Source of the DNA: Candidatus Brevefilum sp.
GTDB taxonomy: Bacteria; Chloroflexota; Anaerolineae; Anaerolineales; Anaerolineaceae
Direction of reading: 5' to 3'
Length of the DNA stretch: 64,000 nucleotides
Assembly: GCA_019428905.1 (NCBI GenBank)
Contig: JAHYJN010000002.1
Location: 14,071-78,070, forward strand
Shown here: positions 27,354 through 36,881 of the stretch, one piece after another
How positions within the stretch are numbered: position 1 is the stretch's first letter
Layout: every line of letters begins with the position of its first letter
The notes under the pieces: model-generated
What the model saw: only the letters and a program-made list of their open reading frames with translations
Database searches by the model: none
Told to the model about the DNA's origin: nothing
Translations under genes and position numbers: made by a program

Positions 27354-27863
27354 ATGCCAACCAAAGAAATCCTGCCATTCATATCGATCAATGTTTATGT
27401 TGAGCGAGAGTACCTGGAAAAAGTAGCAAGATACATCCTTGAAGGTGTTGGAAAATTAACAAAAGAAGAGCAAATTGCCTTTTCTCAGAATTTCAGGAAA
27501 TATGTTAATGTGTTGGGTTTTCGTAATCCACTGCGCGCACCGTTATCCTTACAGGTCAATGCCTATGCCTCTGCATTTGAAGAAAAAGAAGAGGTCATCC
27601 CTTTCACCCTGACGACCTGGGCAAAATTGAGTAATGAGCTTGCGGAAAAAGTTCACAGCTGGTTGAAATCAGAAGGTTGGGAAGACCTTGCCTTGGCGCG
27701 TGATTTTGAAGAGGATCATGGTTTTATTGCTGATTGGCCCGATGACCTCACATTTGATCAAATTGAAAAGCAGTTTAGCGACACACATCCAAATTTTGAA
27801 CATGATCGCGACGATCTGATTTTAATGGTGTTGTGGATAGCAGGAAGATTACCCAAAGAATAA
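27354..27863 (+). CDS. Hypothetical protein (169 aa, acidic)
   Basis: ATG with RBS GGAG upstream. I recognise no family. Confidence 0.45.
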   Translation: MPTKEILPFISINVYVEREYLEKVARYILEGVGKLTKEEQIAFSQNFRKYVNVLGFRNPLRAPLSLQVNAYASAFEEKEEVIPFTLTTWAKLSNELAEKVHSWLKSEGWEDLALARDFEEDHGFIADWPDDLTFDQIEKQFSDTHPNFEHDRDDLILMVLWIAGRLPKE

Positions 27864-27916
27864 ATTGATTTATAATAAGCGAAAATGGCTTCAATACAAA
27901 TACCATCGGAGTAACC

Positions 27917-28267
27917 ATGAATGGGATTGATACCAGCAAAGATGTTGGAAGAACAACTATTTCCCCTGATGTGCTGCATAAAATTGCACGCTTAACAACA
28001 TTAAGCGTTCATGGCGTGTGCAGGATGGCAACCTCAAAGGGCAGCTTAAATCAAATCTTCGGTAGTGAAGATGATAAGGGCGCAAAAGTACAAATCAGAG
28101 ACGATAAAGCTTATGTAGATGTCTATGTCGTTTTGATGAGTGACATGAATGTTCGAGATGTCTCTCGTGAAATCCAGTCACGTGTCTCCCGCGCGATCTC
28201 TGAAATGCTGGGCATGGAAGTCGGGGGTGTGAATATCCACATTATGGACATTGAATTCAGTGCATAA
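27917..28267 (+). CDS. Asp23/Gls24-family envelope stress protein
   Basis: TISPDVLHKIARLTTLSVHGV... is a typical Asp23 N-terminus. The conserved Asp23-nusB gene order supports the call. Confidence 0.8.
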   Translation: MNGIDTSKDVGRTTISPDVLHKIARLTTLSVHGVCRMATSKGSLNQIFGSEDDKGAKVQIRDDKAYVDVYVVLMSDMNVRDVSREIQSRVSRAISEMLGMEVGGVNIHIMDIEFSA

Positions 28268-28294
28268 CCCAATCCGAATCAAGGGTACCTTAAT

Positions 28295-28747
28295 ATGAAA
28301 TCTCGTACAAAAGCCCGCAGCATTGCTTTGCAGGTGCTATATGAAGTGGATATCAGCGGGCACAAGCCCGGCCTTGTTCTGGTTGGACGTTTTGAAAACC
28401 TGAAAATGGATGACGCACATAAAGAATTTATTAGCCAAATTGTTTCAGGTGTCGTTGAGTACAAAACTGTACTCGACGAGTTCATTGCAGATTTTGCCCC
28501 AGATTGGCCGCTAGACCAGGTGGCGATTGTTGATCGCAACCTTCTCCGCATCGCATTGTGGGAGATCTCCGTCTATCGTAAGACACCTGTCAAGGTGGTT
28601 GTTAACGAAGCGGTTGAGTTAGCAAAAACGTATGGCTCAGAAGGTTCATCCCGGTTTATCAACGGCGTCTTAGGCGGTCTCATTGACAACTTAAACGAAG
28701 TCAAATTCAATATGGAGATTCTCCAGGATGACAAACCAAACGATTGA
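28295..28747 (+). CDS. nusB: Transcription antitermination factor NusB
   Basis: RSIALQVLYEVD, DRNLLRIALWE, VVVNEAVELAK and FINGVLG motifs. Confidence 0.85.
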   Translation: MKSRTKARSIALQVLYEVDISGHKPGLVLVGRFENLKMDDAHKEFISQIVSGVVEYKTVLDEFIADFAPDWPLDQVAIVDRNLLRIALWEISVYRKTPVKVVVNEAVELAKTYGSEGSSRFINGVLGGLIDNLNEVKFNMEILQDDKPND

Positions 28748-31193
28748 TTCCCATACAGGCCTTTCCAGATGGGCACATCGCTTGTCTTTGCTAATTTTTT
28801 GTCTAATTATCCTTTCTGCTTGCAACCTTCCCTCATCTCTACGCTCTAATTCCGCCTTCTCTGATAATATCAGTGACCTGGCGACGCCGCCAGTTAATAT
28901 CCAATTTCAGCTTGAGTTACCCGAACCTGTCACAGATGAATTAAATATCGTCGTCGAGATATTAGATGACGTCACTGGATTGCTTCACAACAACAAACTG
29001 ATTGGAATGGAAAAACAAACCGATCAGATTTACCAAACCACCCTGTCTGTTCCCTCCGGTTCAATCATCAAATACCGTTATGGAAAAGTCGAAGACACTT
29101 TAACCCCCGAAATCCTCCCAGGGGGCGAACCCGTTTTATACCGCTTATATCATGCTCAAAACAATTCCACTGTTTCTGATATTCTCCATACCTGGCAGGG
29201 TGATATTTTTCATGGAGGCACAGGAAAAATAATCGGCACTCTTCTTGACAATAAATCCAACCAACCCATTCCGGATATCCTGGTTGTTGCTGGCGGGCGT
29301 CGAACTTTCACCGACGCCAATGGGAAGTATCTGATTGATGGTCTTGGAAGCGGCGTTCACAACATCGTCTTTTATGCCATCGATGGACAATTCCGTACTT
29401 ACCAACAAGGAGCGTTGGTAGAACCCGGTATGACCACACCTGCAGATGTCAAACTGCAGCCTTTACCCAAAGTAAGTGTCACATTTCAGGTCATACCGCC
29501 CAATGATGCATTAGGTGCACCAATCTATATGGCGGGAAACTTGGTTCAACTGGGCAACACGTTTGCTGACCTGAACGGTTCAATGAGTGTCAAACCAAAA
29601 AGGATGCCAACCCTCACACCCAACGCTGACGGCACTCAATCGATCACATTACAGCTTTATCAGGGAACAGATTTGCGATACAAATTCACACTGGGTGATG
29701 GTTACTGGAATGCGGAACAGAATGAAGCGGGTGGTTTCCGCATCCGTCAATTGATCGTACCGTCTGAGGATGTGACCATTGATCACACCATTCGCACATG
29801 GCGTACTGCTGGCCTTGAACCGATTACATTTTCGGTCTCAATTCCACCTGAAACATCTCCTGTTGATGGAAAATATATCCAATTTAAAGCCAGAGAATGG
29901 ACAGAACCGATCCCCTTATGGCCGCTAGGAAATGGCAATTACCTGCATATATTATTCTCTCCTTTAGATTCAACAGAGCCGATACCCTATCGATTCTGTC
30001 AAAATGAAGATTGCGTTCAAGCTAGCGATATGGGCTCATTATCATTTGAAAGGCAGATCGAACCCAGCCAAAACCCGCAAACGATCAACCTGACACTGGA
30101 TAGCTGGCAAAATTGGCATGTCTTTGAAAAAAATGCAAGTGTCCAGGAAGCTTATACACCAACCAAGCCCGCGTCTTATGGCACTTATATTGAGTTCACA
30201 CCTGAAATGGACCCCTCTTGGTTGGCATTGTTTCCGCAAGGTATCGCCCAACTGGATCAGATTAATGCCAGCAGGGTCATTTTTTCACCCCAATGGTTTG
30301 TAAAAGGAAATTCTCCTTATTTATACCCATTAATCGGGCAAACACCTTTCTTGTATGAGCTATCCATGCTTCTACAGATAGCTGAAAGCCAGGGGTTTGA
30401 ATTAAGCCTTTATCCCCAGTTGGGGCCTTATGATGCTATTGAAAACTGGTGGCCGTCAGCACCAAAAACCGAGCTCTGGTGGGATGCATTTTTCACATCC
30501 TACGCAGATTTTATCATAAGCTATGCGAAATTGGCTCAACAATCTGGTGTAGATCAGTTGATCGTCGGCGGAAAGGCACTCCTGCCAACCTTTGAGGGTG
30601 GACTGCTTCCGGATGGCAGTGACAGTTCCGCCCACTATGACGACCGCTGGAATACCTTGATCGATGAAATTCGTACCCACTATAATGGGCAATTAATTTG
30701 GGGGACCAACACCAACCTGGAAATGGATCCCTTGCCTGAGTTCATCAATCGCTTTGATGGGATCTATATCAGCGTGGACAGCCCATTGGCGCTTGGCGAT
30801 CACCCATCCTTTGAAATGGTCCAGGCAGGCTTCATTGATGTGATAGACAGCCAGATTTATGAAATCTACCGCAGCACATTGAAGCCCATCACCCTGGCAT
30901 TAGGCTATCCCTCAGTCGAGAATGCGGCCAGCGGCTGTGCCTTGCTTGGTGCGTCCTGTTACAACGATGGCCTCTTCAGATCATCTGAACTGACGCCCTA
31001 CGCAATTGACTTTGAGGAACAAGCATTGATTTACAATGCGGTCATGCCAATCATCGCCAGCCGTGAGTGGATTACAGCTGTATCCATCCGGGGATATGAA
31101 CCCATTGTAACGGTGCAAACCGGCTCCTCCTCAATCGCAGCTAAGCCTGCTTTTGATGTCATCCAGTACTGGTTCACCAACATGAAACCATAA
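28728..31193 (+). CDS. Large lipoprotein with beta-sandwich (carboxypeptidase-regulatory-like / starch-binding-like) domains and a C-terminal TIM-barrel-like region. Function unknown, possibly glycan-active.
   Basis: Lipobox LSAC. GKIIGTLLD..PIPDILVVAGGRRTFTDANGKYLIDGLGSGVHNIVF is CarboxypepD_reg-like. The annotated start overlaps the nusB end by 20 nt. Confidence 0.5.
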   Translation: MTNQTIDSHTGLSRWAHRLSLLIFCLIILSACNLPSSLRSNSAFSDNISDLATPPVNIQFQLELPEPVTDELNIVVEILDDVTGLLHNNKLIGMEKQTDQIYQTTLSVPSGSIIKYRYGKVEDTLTPEILPGGEPVLYRLYHAQNNSTVSDILHTWQGDIFHGGTGKIIGTLLDNKSNQPIPDILVVAGGRRTFTDANGKYLIDGLGSGVHNIVFYAIDGQFRTYQQGALVEPGMTTPADVKLQPLPKVSVTFQVIPPNDALGAPIYMAGNLVQLGNTFADLNGSMSVKPKRMPTLTPNADGTQSITLQLYQGTDLRYKFTLGDGYWNAEQNEAGGFRIRQLIVPSEDVTIDHTIRTWRTAGLEPITFSVSIPPETSPVDGKYIQFKAREWTEPIPLWPLGNGNYLHILFSPLDSTEPIPYRFCQNEDCVQASDMGSLSFERQIEPSQNPQTINLTLDSWQNWHVFEKNASVQEAYTPTKPASYGTYIEFTPEMDPSWLALFPQGIAQLDQINASRVIFSPQWFVKGNSPYLYPLIGQTPFLYELSMLLQIAESQGFELSLYPQLGPYDAIENWWPSAPKTELWWDAFFTSYADFIISYAKLAQQSGVDQLIVGGKALLPTFEGGLLPDGSDSSAHYDDRWNTLIDEIRTHYNGQLIWGTNTNLEMDPLPEFINRFDGIYISVDSPLALGDHPSFEMVQAGFIDVIDSQIYEIYRSTLKPITLALGYPSVENAASGCALLGASCYNDGLFRSSELTPYAIDFEEQALIYNAVMPIIASREWITAVSIRGYEPIVTVQTGSSSIAAKPAFDVIQYWFTNMKP

Positions 31194-31247
31194 AAGAATT
31201 ATTCTACACGAAACTCACCACCCGATAAGAAAGGCGGTCCAATCAAA

Positions 31248-32813
31248 ATGCAACAAGCACTCACCCATTGGCTTGAAGCACTCGGAATTGTTCACCAAAA
31301 TCAAATCTGGCACAACCCGGATAAATCCACCTTAGTCTCGGAAGCTTTGCTCAACGATGAAGGCCAATTGACTTCAGAAGGCGCCTTGGCCGTGGTCACA
31401 GCGCCATGTACCGGGCGTTCTCCTAACGATAAGTACATTGTCGATGATAATAATATCCCCGATTTGTGGTGGGGAGACGTTAACCGACCCATTTCACTTG
31501 AATCCTTCACCAACATGCAGCATCGCATCACAGCCTATCTGAGTAATCGGAAATTGTACATTATCGACGGTTACATCGGCGCCGATCCTGATTTCCGGTT
31601 ATCCATCAGGGTGGTGACTGAATTTGCCTGGCAGGCACTAGCAGCCCAAAACCTATTCATCTATGACGGTGTGAAATTGTCAGAGGACCCAGATGTCTTG
31701 ATATTGACCGCACCAGATTTCCATACCCAACCAGAAATTGACCACACACGCTCAAAAACAGCCATCTGTATTGATCTACATAAAAAAGTTGTTCTGATTG
31801 CTGGCTCAAAATACGTTGGGGAAATCAAGAAATCAGCATTCACCGTTATGAATGCTTATCTTCCCACCTTAGGTGTTCTGCCCATGCACTGTTCAGCCAA
31901 TGTTGGTGAAGATGGCGATGTTGCCTTGTTTTTTGGTTTATCGGGCACCGGCAAGACAACGCTTTCGTCCACGCCTGATCGAAAGCTGGTCGGCGATGAC
32001 GAGCATGGATGGACGGAGCATGGTATTTTCAATTTTGAGGGGGGGTGCTATGCAAAAACCATTCGTCTTAGTCCTGAATTAGAACCGGTGATTTGGAAAG
32101 CGGTTAACCAATTCGGTTCAGTATTGGAAAACGTGGTTATTTCTCCCGAGGACCGCATCGTTGACTTTGATTCTGGCCATATTACTGAAAATACTCGGGG
32201 TGCCTACCCACTCACCAAAGTAGATGATATCATCGCTGAGGGCATCGCTGGACATCCTTCCAACATCTTTTTTCTGACCGCAGATGCTTTTGGCGTCATG
32301 CCGCCGATCGCCAAACTGGACCCTGACCAGGTCCTGTATTACTTCCTCTCAGGCTACACCTCAAAAGTCGCTGGCACAGAACGGGAATTAGGGCAAAAGC
32401 CGCAAGCCACCTTTTCCACCTGCTTTGGTGAGCCTTTCTTACCGCTTACCCCTGGAATTTATGCCAGCTTGCTTAAAGAAAAAATTACGACCCACGGCAG
32501 CAGCACCTGGTTGGTCAATACTGGCTGGACCGGCGGTGATTACAACACGGGTTATCGCATGCCGCTCAAACATACCCGGCGTATGATCAACTGGATTTTA
32601 TCAGGTGAATACCAGGTTGCTAATTTCCATAAAGACCCAATTTTCAACCTTTCGGTGCCGGATCGAATCGATGGTGTTCCTGATGACCTTTTATACCCGG
32701 GAAAAACCTGGAAAGACCAGCAAGAATTTGTGAAACTCGCCAACGATTTGAAGCAAAGCTTTAAGGAGAATTTCAAGAAATTTGAACCCTACTTAGAAGA
32801 ACAGGCAGGTTAG
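31248..32813 (+). CDS. pckA: Phosphoenolpyruvate carboxykinase (ATP)
   Basis: GLSGTGKTTLS kinase-1a motif, GDDEHGW, and overall PckA colinearity. Confidence 0.9.
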   Translation: MQQALTHWLEALGIVHQNQIWHNPDKSTLVSEALLNDEGQLTSEGALAVVTAPCTGRSPNDKYIVDDNNIPDLWWGDVNRPISLESFTNMQHRITAYLSNRKLYIIDGYIGADPDFRLSIRVVTEFAWQALAAQNLFIYDGVKLSEDPDVLILTAPDFHTQPEIDHTRSKTAICIDLHKKVVLIAGSKYVGEIKKSAFTVMNAYLPTLGVLPMHCSANVGEDGDVALFFGLSGTGKTTLSSTPDRKLVGDDEHGWTEHGIFNFEGGCYAKTIRLSPELEPVIWKAVNQFGSVLENVVISPEDRIVDFDSGHITENTRGAYPLTKVDDIIAEGIAGHPSNIFFLTADAFGVMPPIAKLDPDQVLYYFLSGYTSKVAGTERELGQKPQATFSTCFGEPFLPLTPGIYASLLKEKITTHGSSTWLVNTGWTGGDYNTGYRMPLKHTRRMINWILSGEYQVANFHKDPIFNLSVPDRIDGVPDDLLYPGKTWKDQQEFVKLANDLKQSFKENFKKFEPYLEEQAG

Positions 32814-33478
32814 AAAAAGAGTAACAACCCAGCCGTTGCCAATAAGAAACCAGGGCCCAGTTCAACTGTCATGCTGGTTATTGCTCGCTTCTCTAGCAAG
32901 GATTTGGGCAGGGCATAAAGGACAGCCAAAATCAAGGCGATTAACAAACCAACTACTGCAAGAGGAAAGCCGACCAGTGCACCTGAAGACCCGGCTCCAA
33001 AGGTATCTCCCATGCCAAAACTAACGATGTTTGGGTGCTCCTGAAATCGCATTGTTGCATATTTTTTTCCTAACAAATGAAGAATGGACCCTAATGCCAG
33101 GTTCGTCAATCCACCCATGAGTGATATTATCCAGCGATCATTGCTCAATCCAAAAGCAAAGCCCAATATAAATGCTGAAAACATAAAATATATTGGAATT
33201 CGGCCTGCTAGAATATCAAAATTTGCGACCATACTCATTATTAAAAGTCCAACCAAGTTAAATGCCAGGAGCTTAAACATACCAGTCGACAGCAGGAAAG
33301 CCATGGTTGAAATAGCAGTAACCACAAAAACCAATCCTAACTTAGCGAAAGTTCTCGATTCCTGCCGTGTATGATAAACTTTGTATATGTATCGTAAACC
33401 CAGCTTAGTTGAGCAGAGGCTCGCCGAGGGTAAAGCGATCCCAGCCAGCATTATAAGCAAATATCTCGTCCATTGCAT
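32810..33478 (-). CDS. Polytopic membrane protein, possibly an A24-family (prepilin-peptidase-like) aspartic protease
   Basis: Two candidate catalytic Asp motifs: NFDILAGRIP and FGMGDTFGAG (GxGD-like). About 6 TM segments. Its stop overlaps the pckA stop (TTAG). Confidence 0.4.
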   Translation of the reverse strand: MQWTRYLLIMLAGIALPSASLCSTKLGLRYIYKVYHTRQESRTFAKLGLVFVVTAISTMAFLLSTGMFKLLAFNLVGLLIMSMVANFDILAGRIPIYFMFSAFILGFAFGLSNDRWIISLMGGLTNLALGSILHLLGKKYATMRFQEHPNIVSFGMGDTFGAGSSGALVGFPLAVVGLLIALILAVLYALPKSLLEKRAITSMTVELGPGFLLATAGLLLFF

Positions 33479-33517
33479 ACAGGAAATTATAATTTAACAT
33501 TCTCAACAGGAGGTCTC

Positions 33518-34801
33518 ATGGAAAAATTCATAATCAATGGTGGGGTTCCACTTAATGGGGAATTAACGCCTTCTGGAAATAAGAACGCAGCCCTACCGCT
33601 ATTAGCTGCGTGCTTGCTCACCTCTGAACCGGTAATTCTCCATAATGTTCCCGACATCCTCGATACGCAAACAATGATCAAGCTTTTACAAAGCTTGAAT
33701 GTCAAAATCGATCAACTCAACCCGACATCTTTTCGGTTTGATGCCAGCGAAATTCGCCCTGCAGATTTGGACCCAGATTTATGCCGCCAAATTCGGGCAT
33801 CAATCCTGCTGGCGGGACCTCTGATCAGTCGGGTTGGTGAACTTACCCTGCCCCCACCTGGCGGCGACATCATTGGCCGCCGTCGAGTGGATACACACTG
33901 CCTGGCATTTGCTCGTCTGGGTGTTAAAACAGACTATTATGACAACCTATTTCACTTTGATTCCAAAGCGCTCAGAGGTGGAGATATCCTGCTGGATGAG
34001 GCTTCAGTCACTGCCACTGAGAATGCAATCATGGCCAGCGTCCTTGCTGAGGGAGTTTCAACGATCAGGAATGCCGCCAGTGAGCCCCATATCCAGGAAC
34101 TGTGCCAGTTTTTAAACCTGCTTGGTGCCCACATCCGAAATATTGGCTCAAACACCCTTGAAATTACAGGCGTTGAGGCCCTTGGCGGTGGTGAGTATAC
34201 GATCGGTCCAGATTACCTGGAGGTGGTCAGCTTCATCGGTGCAGCCGTTGTCACCGGAGGAGCAATACGGATTAAGAATGCGGGAGTTAAGCACCTCGAC
34301 ATGATTCATTTGGTCATGAATCGTCTTGGGGTCGACTGGGTGACACAAGATGACGACATCATCGTGCCGCAAAACCAGAAGCTCGTGATAGAACCCGACC
34401 TGGGCAACGCTATCCCTGAAATATCAGTTATGCCCTGGCCAGCCTTCCCGACTGACCTGATGAGCATTGCCATTGTGATCGCGACCCAATCAAAAGGGAG
34501 CATCTTGTTTCACGACTGGATGTACCCCTCGCGGATGTTCTTTACGGATAAGCTGGTCGGTATGGGCGCTCAAATTGTGTTGTGTGATCCACATCGCTGT
34601 ATTGTCCAGGGGCCAACCCAATTAAGCGGCGAACGTTTGGAAAGTCCCGATATCCGGGCGGGCATGGCACTGCTGATCGCCGCTCTGTCAGCTAAAGGCA
34701 AAAGCGTTATCCGCAATGTATCTCAAATCGACCGTGGTTATCAACAAGTTGACCTTAAGCTTAAAAAACTGGGCGCGGATATCACCCGGGTGAATGAATA
34801 A
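33518..34801 (+). CDS. murA: UDP-N-acetylglucosamine 1-carboxyvinyltransferase (Asp variant at the catalytic Cys position)
   Basis: MEKFIINGG..L.G....SGNKNAALPLLAA. ATG 33518 lies 5 nt after AGGAGG. The loop PPGGDIIGRRRVDTH aligns with E. coli LPGGCTIGARPVDLH. Confidence 0.9.
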   Translation: MEKFIINGGVPLNGELTPSGNKNAALPLLAACLLTSEPVILHNVPDILDTQTMIKLLQSLNVKIDQLNPTSFRFDASEIRPADLDPDLCRQIRASILLAGPLISRVGELTLPPPGGDIIGRRRVDTHCLAFARLGVKTDYYDNLFHFDSKALRGGDILLDEASVTATENAIMASVLAEGVSTIRNAASEPHIQELCQFLNLLGAHIRNIGSNTLEITGVEALGGGEYTIGPDYLEVVSFIGAAVVTGGAIRIKNAGVKHLDMIHLVMNRLGVDWVTQDDDIIVPQNQKLVIEPDLGNAIPEISVMPWPAFPTDLMSIAIVIATQSKGSILFHDWMYPSRMFFTDKLVGMGAQIVLCDPHRCIVQGPTQLSGERLESPDIRAGMALLIAALSAKGKSVIRNVSQIDRGYQQVDLKLKKLGADITRVNE

Positions 34802-34808
34802 AGACACT

Positions 34809-34840
34809 AAAAAAGGCGTGTGTTCCACGCCTTTTTTTTT
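34809..34840. terminator. Bidirectional intrinsic terminator (murA / trxA convergent)
   Basis: AAGGCGTG-TGTTC-CACGCCTT flanked by an A5 run and a T9 run. Confidence 0.8.
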
Positions 34841-34858
34841 CAAATAACGGAATTAATT

Positions 34859-35209
34859 CTAAATTTCCTGGTTTTTGACCACTTCCATGAACTCATCCAC
34901 AACATCGCGCAGCATGGGCTCGGGTAGTGCGCCAACTTGTCTATTCACAATCTTCCCATCATAGATCAACAACATGGTTGGGATCCCTTGCACCCCATAC
35001 TGCATAGCCCATTCCGGGTTTTCATCGGTATTGACTTTTGCCACAATCAGTTGACCAACAAATTCCTTCGCGAGTTTATCTAAAATCGGTGCAACCATTT
35101 TGCATGGCCCGCACCACGGCGCCCAAAAGTCCACAATAACTGGCAGCGATGATTCCAAAACTGTTTTTTCAAAAGCCGCATCTGTTACATGTATCGGTTC
35201 GTTAATCAT
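34859..35209 (-). CDS. trxA: Thioredoxin
   Basis: WAPWCGPCK active site; 116 aa. Confidence 0.92.
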   Translation of the reverse strand: MINEPIHVTDAAFEKTVLESSLPVIVDFWAPWCGPCKMVAPILDKLAKEFVGQLIVAKVNTDENPEWAMQYGVQGIPTMLLIYDGKIVNRQVGALPEPMLRDVVDEFMEVVKNQEI

Positions 35210-35316
35210 ATCTTTCTCCTCAAAATAATTGGTAAGTAGAGTATAACATAAGTGTCAGCGATAAGTATTAATAATGTATATAAATTAAGACTAAACGTAT
35301 ATAATTTGTGTAAATA

Positions 35317-35715
35317 TTAGTTTCCCAGTGCAGCGATCATTTGCTGTATTTTATTTATTAAAGGCTGCCCCAAAATCAGAAAGCCGATGATTGCTGCAGA
35401 CACAGCCGCAATTAACACCCCAGCAGCGCCGACATCCTTGCCGACACGCGCCAAAGGATGCAAATCAGGACTTGCCAGATCAACAACAATTTCCAATGCC
35501 GTATTAAGAAATTCTGCTGTCCATACCATGGCAATCACAATTACGATCATTGCCCAATCCCCCGTTTCAAGCTGAAGCCAAAAGCCCACAATTATCGTAA
35601 CTACGGTGGCGACAGCGTGAATCCACGCATTTTTTTGGCTACGGATAACATACCACCATCCAGCAATGGCATTTCGAAAACTCACCAGCCTTTCATGAAT
35701 AAATTTGAACATCAA
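35317..35715 (-). CDS. dgkA: Diacylglycerol/undecaprenol kinase family protein (DgkA-like)
   Basis: About 130 aa with three TM segments. RSQKNAWIH and TAEFLNTALE motifs are typical of DgkA. Confidence 0.7.
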   Translation of the reverse strand: MMFKFIHERLVSFRNAIAGWWYVIRSQKNAWIHAVATVVTIIVGFWLQLETGDWAMIVIVIAMVWTAEFLNTALEIVVDLASPDLHPLARVGKDVGAAGVLIAAVSAAIIGFLILGQPLINKIQQMIAALGN

Positions 35716-35777
35716 TGCTTCTCTCTGATTTTTCTACCCAAGGCTAGAACAAAAACCTTTGACCCGTTTGTAATCGG

Positions 35778-36611
35778 TCACTCGACATGATAAGCTATGC
35801 CAATCGGGTAAGGACCTGAGTGAATCGACAAGGCACAACCGACTTTGGTCATATGAATTTCGATCGGTTTTACAGCCGATTTAATATTTTCTGCTAGAAA
35901 CTGCGCTTCTTCCTCGCAGTCATAATGGGTTAAGAAGATCTCTGGAATGTTTTCTTTCGATACCTGCTTTACGAAATAAGCAAGCAGTGCGTTGAGCGCT
36001 TTCTTTCGTGACCCACGTACCTTTTGTAACACCCCTAAGGTGCCGTCTGGTCGCAAGTGCAAGAAGGGTTTTATCTTTAATAAACTTGAAAACAAGTGCT
36101 CAATGGTTGAGCAGCGCCCGCCATGGTAAACATAATCCAACGTATCAAGGATGAAAATGCCGCGTGTTTGTTTGATGCGCTCCCTGATTCGAACGCCAAG
36201 CTCTTTGAAGTCCATCCCCTCGTTTCGCCATTTTGCAGCCTGGATCACCACCTGCCCATAACCTGTTGAAATGCTCAATGAATCGATCAAATCGACTGTA
36301 TTGTTCTTCATTTCCTTCAGCGCTAGTTGTGCATTTCGAAATGTTGTTGACATTTGGCTTGACAATCCAATATAGATTGAAGGGGTGTGTTTGTTAAAGA
36401 ATTTGATGAAATCACTGGGTGGTGGCGCTGATGTTGTAGGGTAAAGCCCGGTGGTCCTCACTGCGTCGAATAACATGTCGGGGTGAATATCCTCGCCATC
36501 TTTGTAAACCTTCCCATTGTGTTGGATGTATACCGGGATGGTTTCAATTCGGTAAGTTTCGCACACTTCTTTAGGAATGTCTGCTGTGGAATCGGTTAAG
36601 ATATTGATCAT
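35778..36611 (-). CDS. DegV-family fatty-acid-binding protein
   Basis: ILTDSTADIP N-terminus, 277 aa, DegV-like throughout. Confidence 0.85.
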   Translation of the reverse strand: MINILTDSTADIPKEVCETYRIETIPVYIQHNGKVYKDGEDIHPDMLFDAVRTTGLYPTTSAPPPSDFIKFFNKHTPSIYIGLSSQMSTTFRNAQLALKEMKNNTVDLIDSLSISTGYGQVVIQAAKWRNEGMDFKELGVRIRERIKQTRGIFILDTLDYVYHGGRCSTIEHLFSSLLKIKPFLHLRPDGTLGVLQKVRGSRKKALNALLAYFVKQVSKENIPEIFLTHYDCEEEAQFLAENIKSAVKPIEIHMTKVGCALSIHSGPYPIGIAYHVE

Positions 36612-36759
36612 TGGATTATCACTGACTACTAAGAAATAACTTGTGTGATTATACCCATGATTGCTGTATTATATATATGATTGTTCCAAAGATTACTCAT
36701 AAGTAGGGTATAATTTCTACTCGTTGTTGAGTTATAATTTTTGAAACTACTCAGCCTGC

Positions 36760-36819
36760 GATGGGAATTTAAGGATGGGTTGTGGCGACAAAGCCGCAAT
36801 CCCACATCTCCCACCCATC
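36760..36819 (+). promoter_or_regulatory. Nested-hairpin structured element in the leader of the 36882 gene
   Basis: GATGGG(36760-65)...[GATGGGTTGTGGC-GACAAA-GCCGCAATCCCACATC]...CCCATC(36814-19). Duplicated GATGGG and CCCA..TC arms allow alternative pairings. Confidence 0.3.
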
Positions 36820-36881
36820 AGCAGCAGGGTTTCTCGAGCAGTTACGAAATTATTATAGTTTCATATCGTTGAGGCGAACCG

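Noticed and set aside
33473-33517. Upstream extensions of murA (33473) and rpsF (40575) in the track.
   Set aside because: Canonical N-termini begin at internal ATGs (33518 and 40710), each preceded by a strong RBS. The extensions have no homology-like sequence.
36612-36760. Two TATAAT hexamers (36709-14 and 36734-39) as promoters for the 36882 gene.
   Set aside because: Neither has an acceptable -35 element at 16-18 nt spacing. The region is generally AT-rich, so the matches may be chance.
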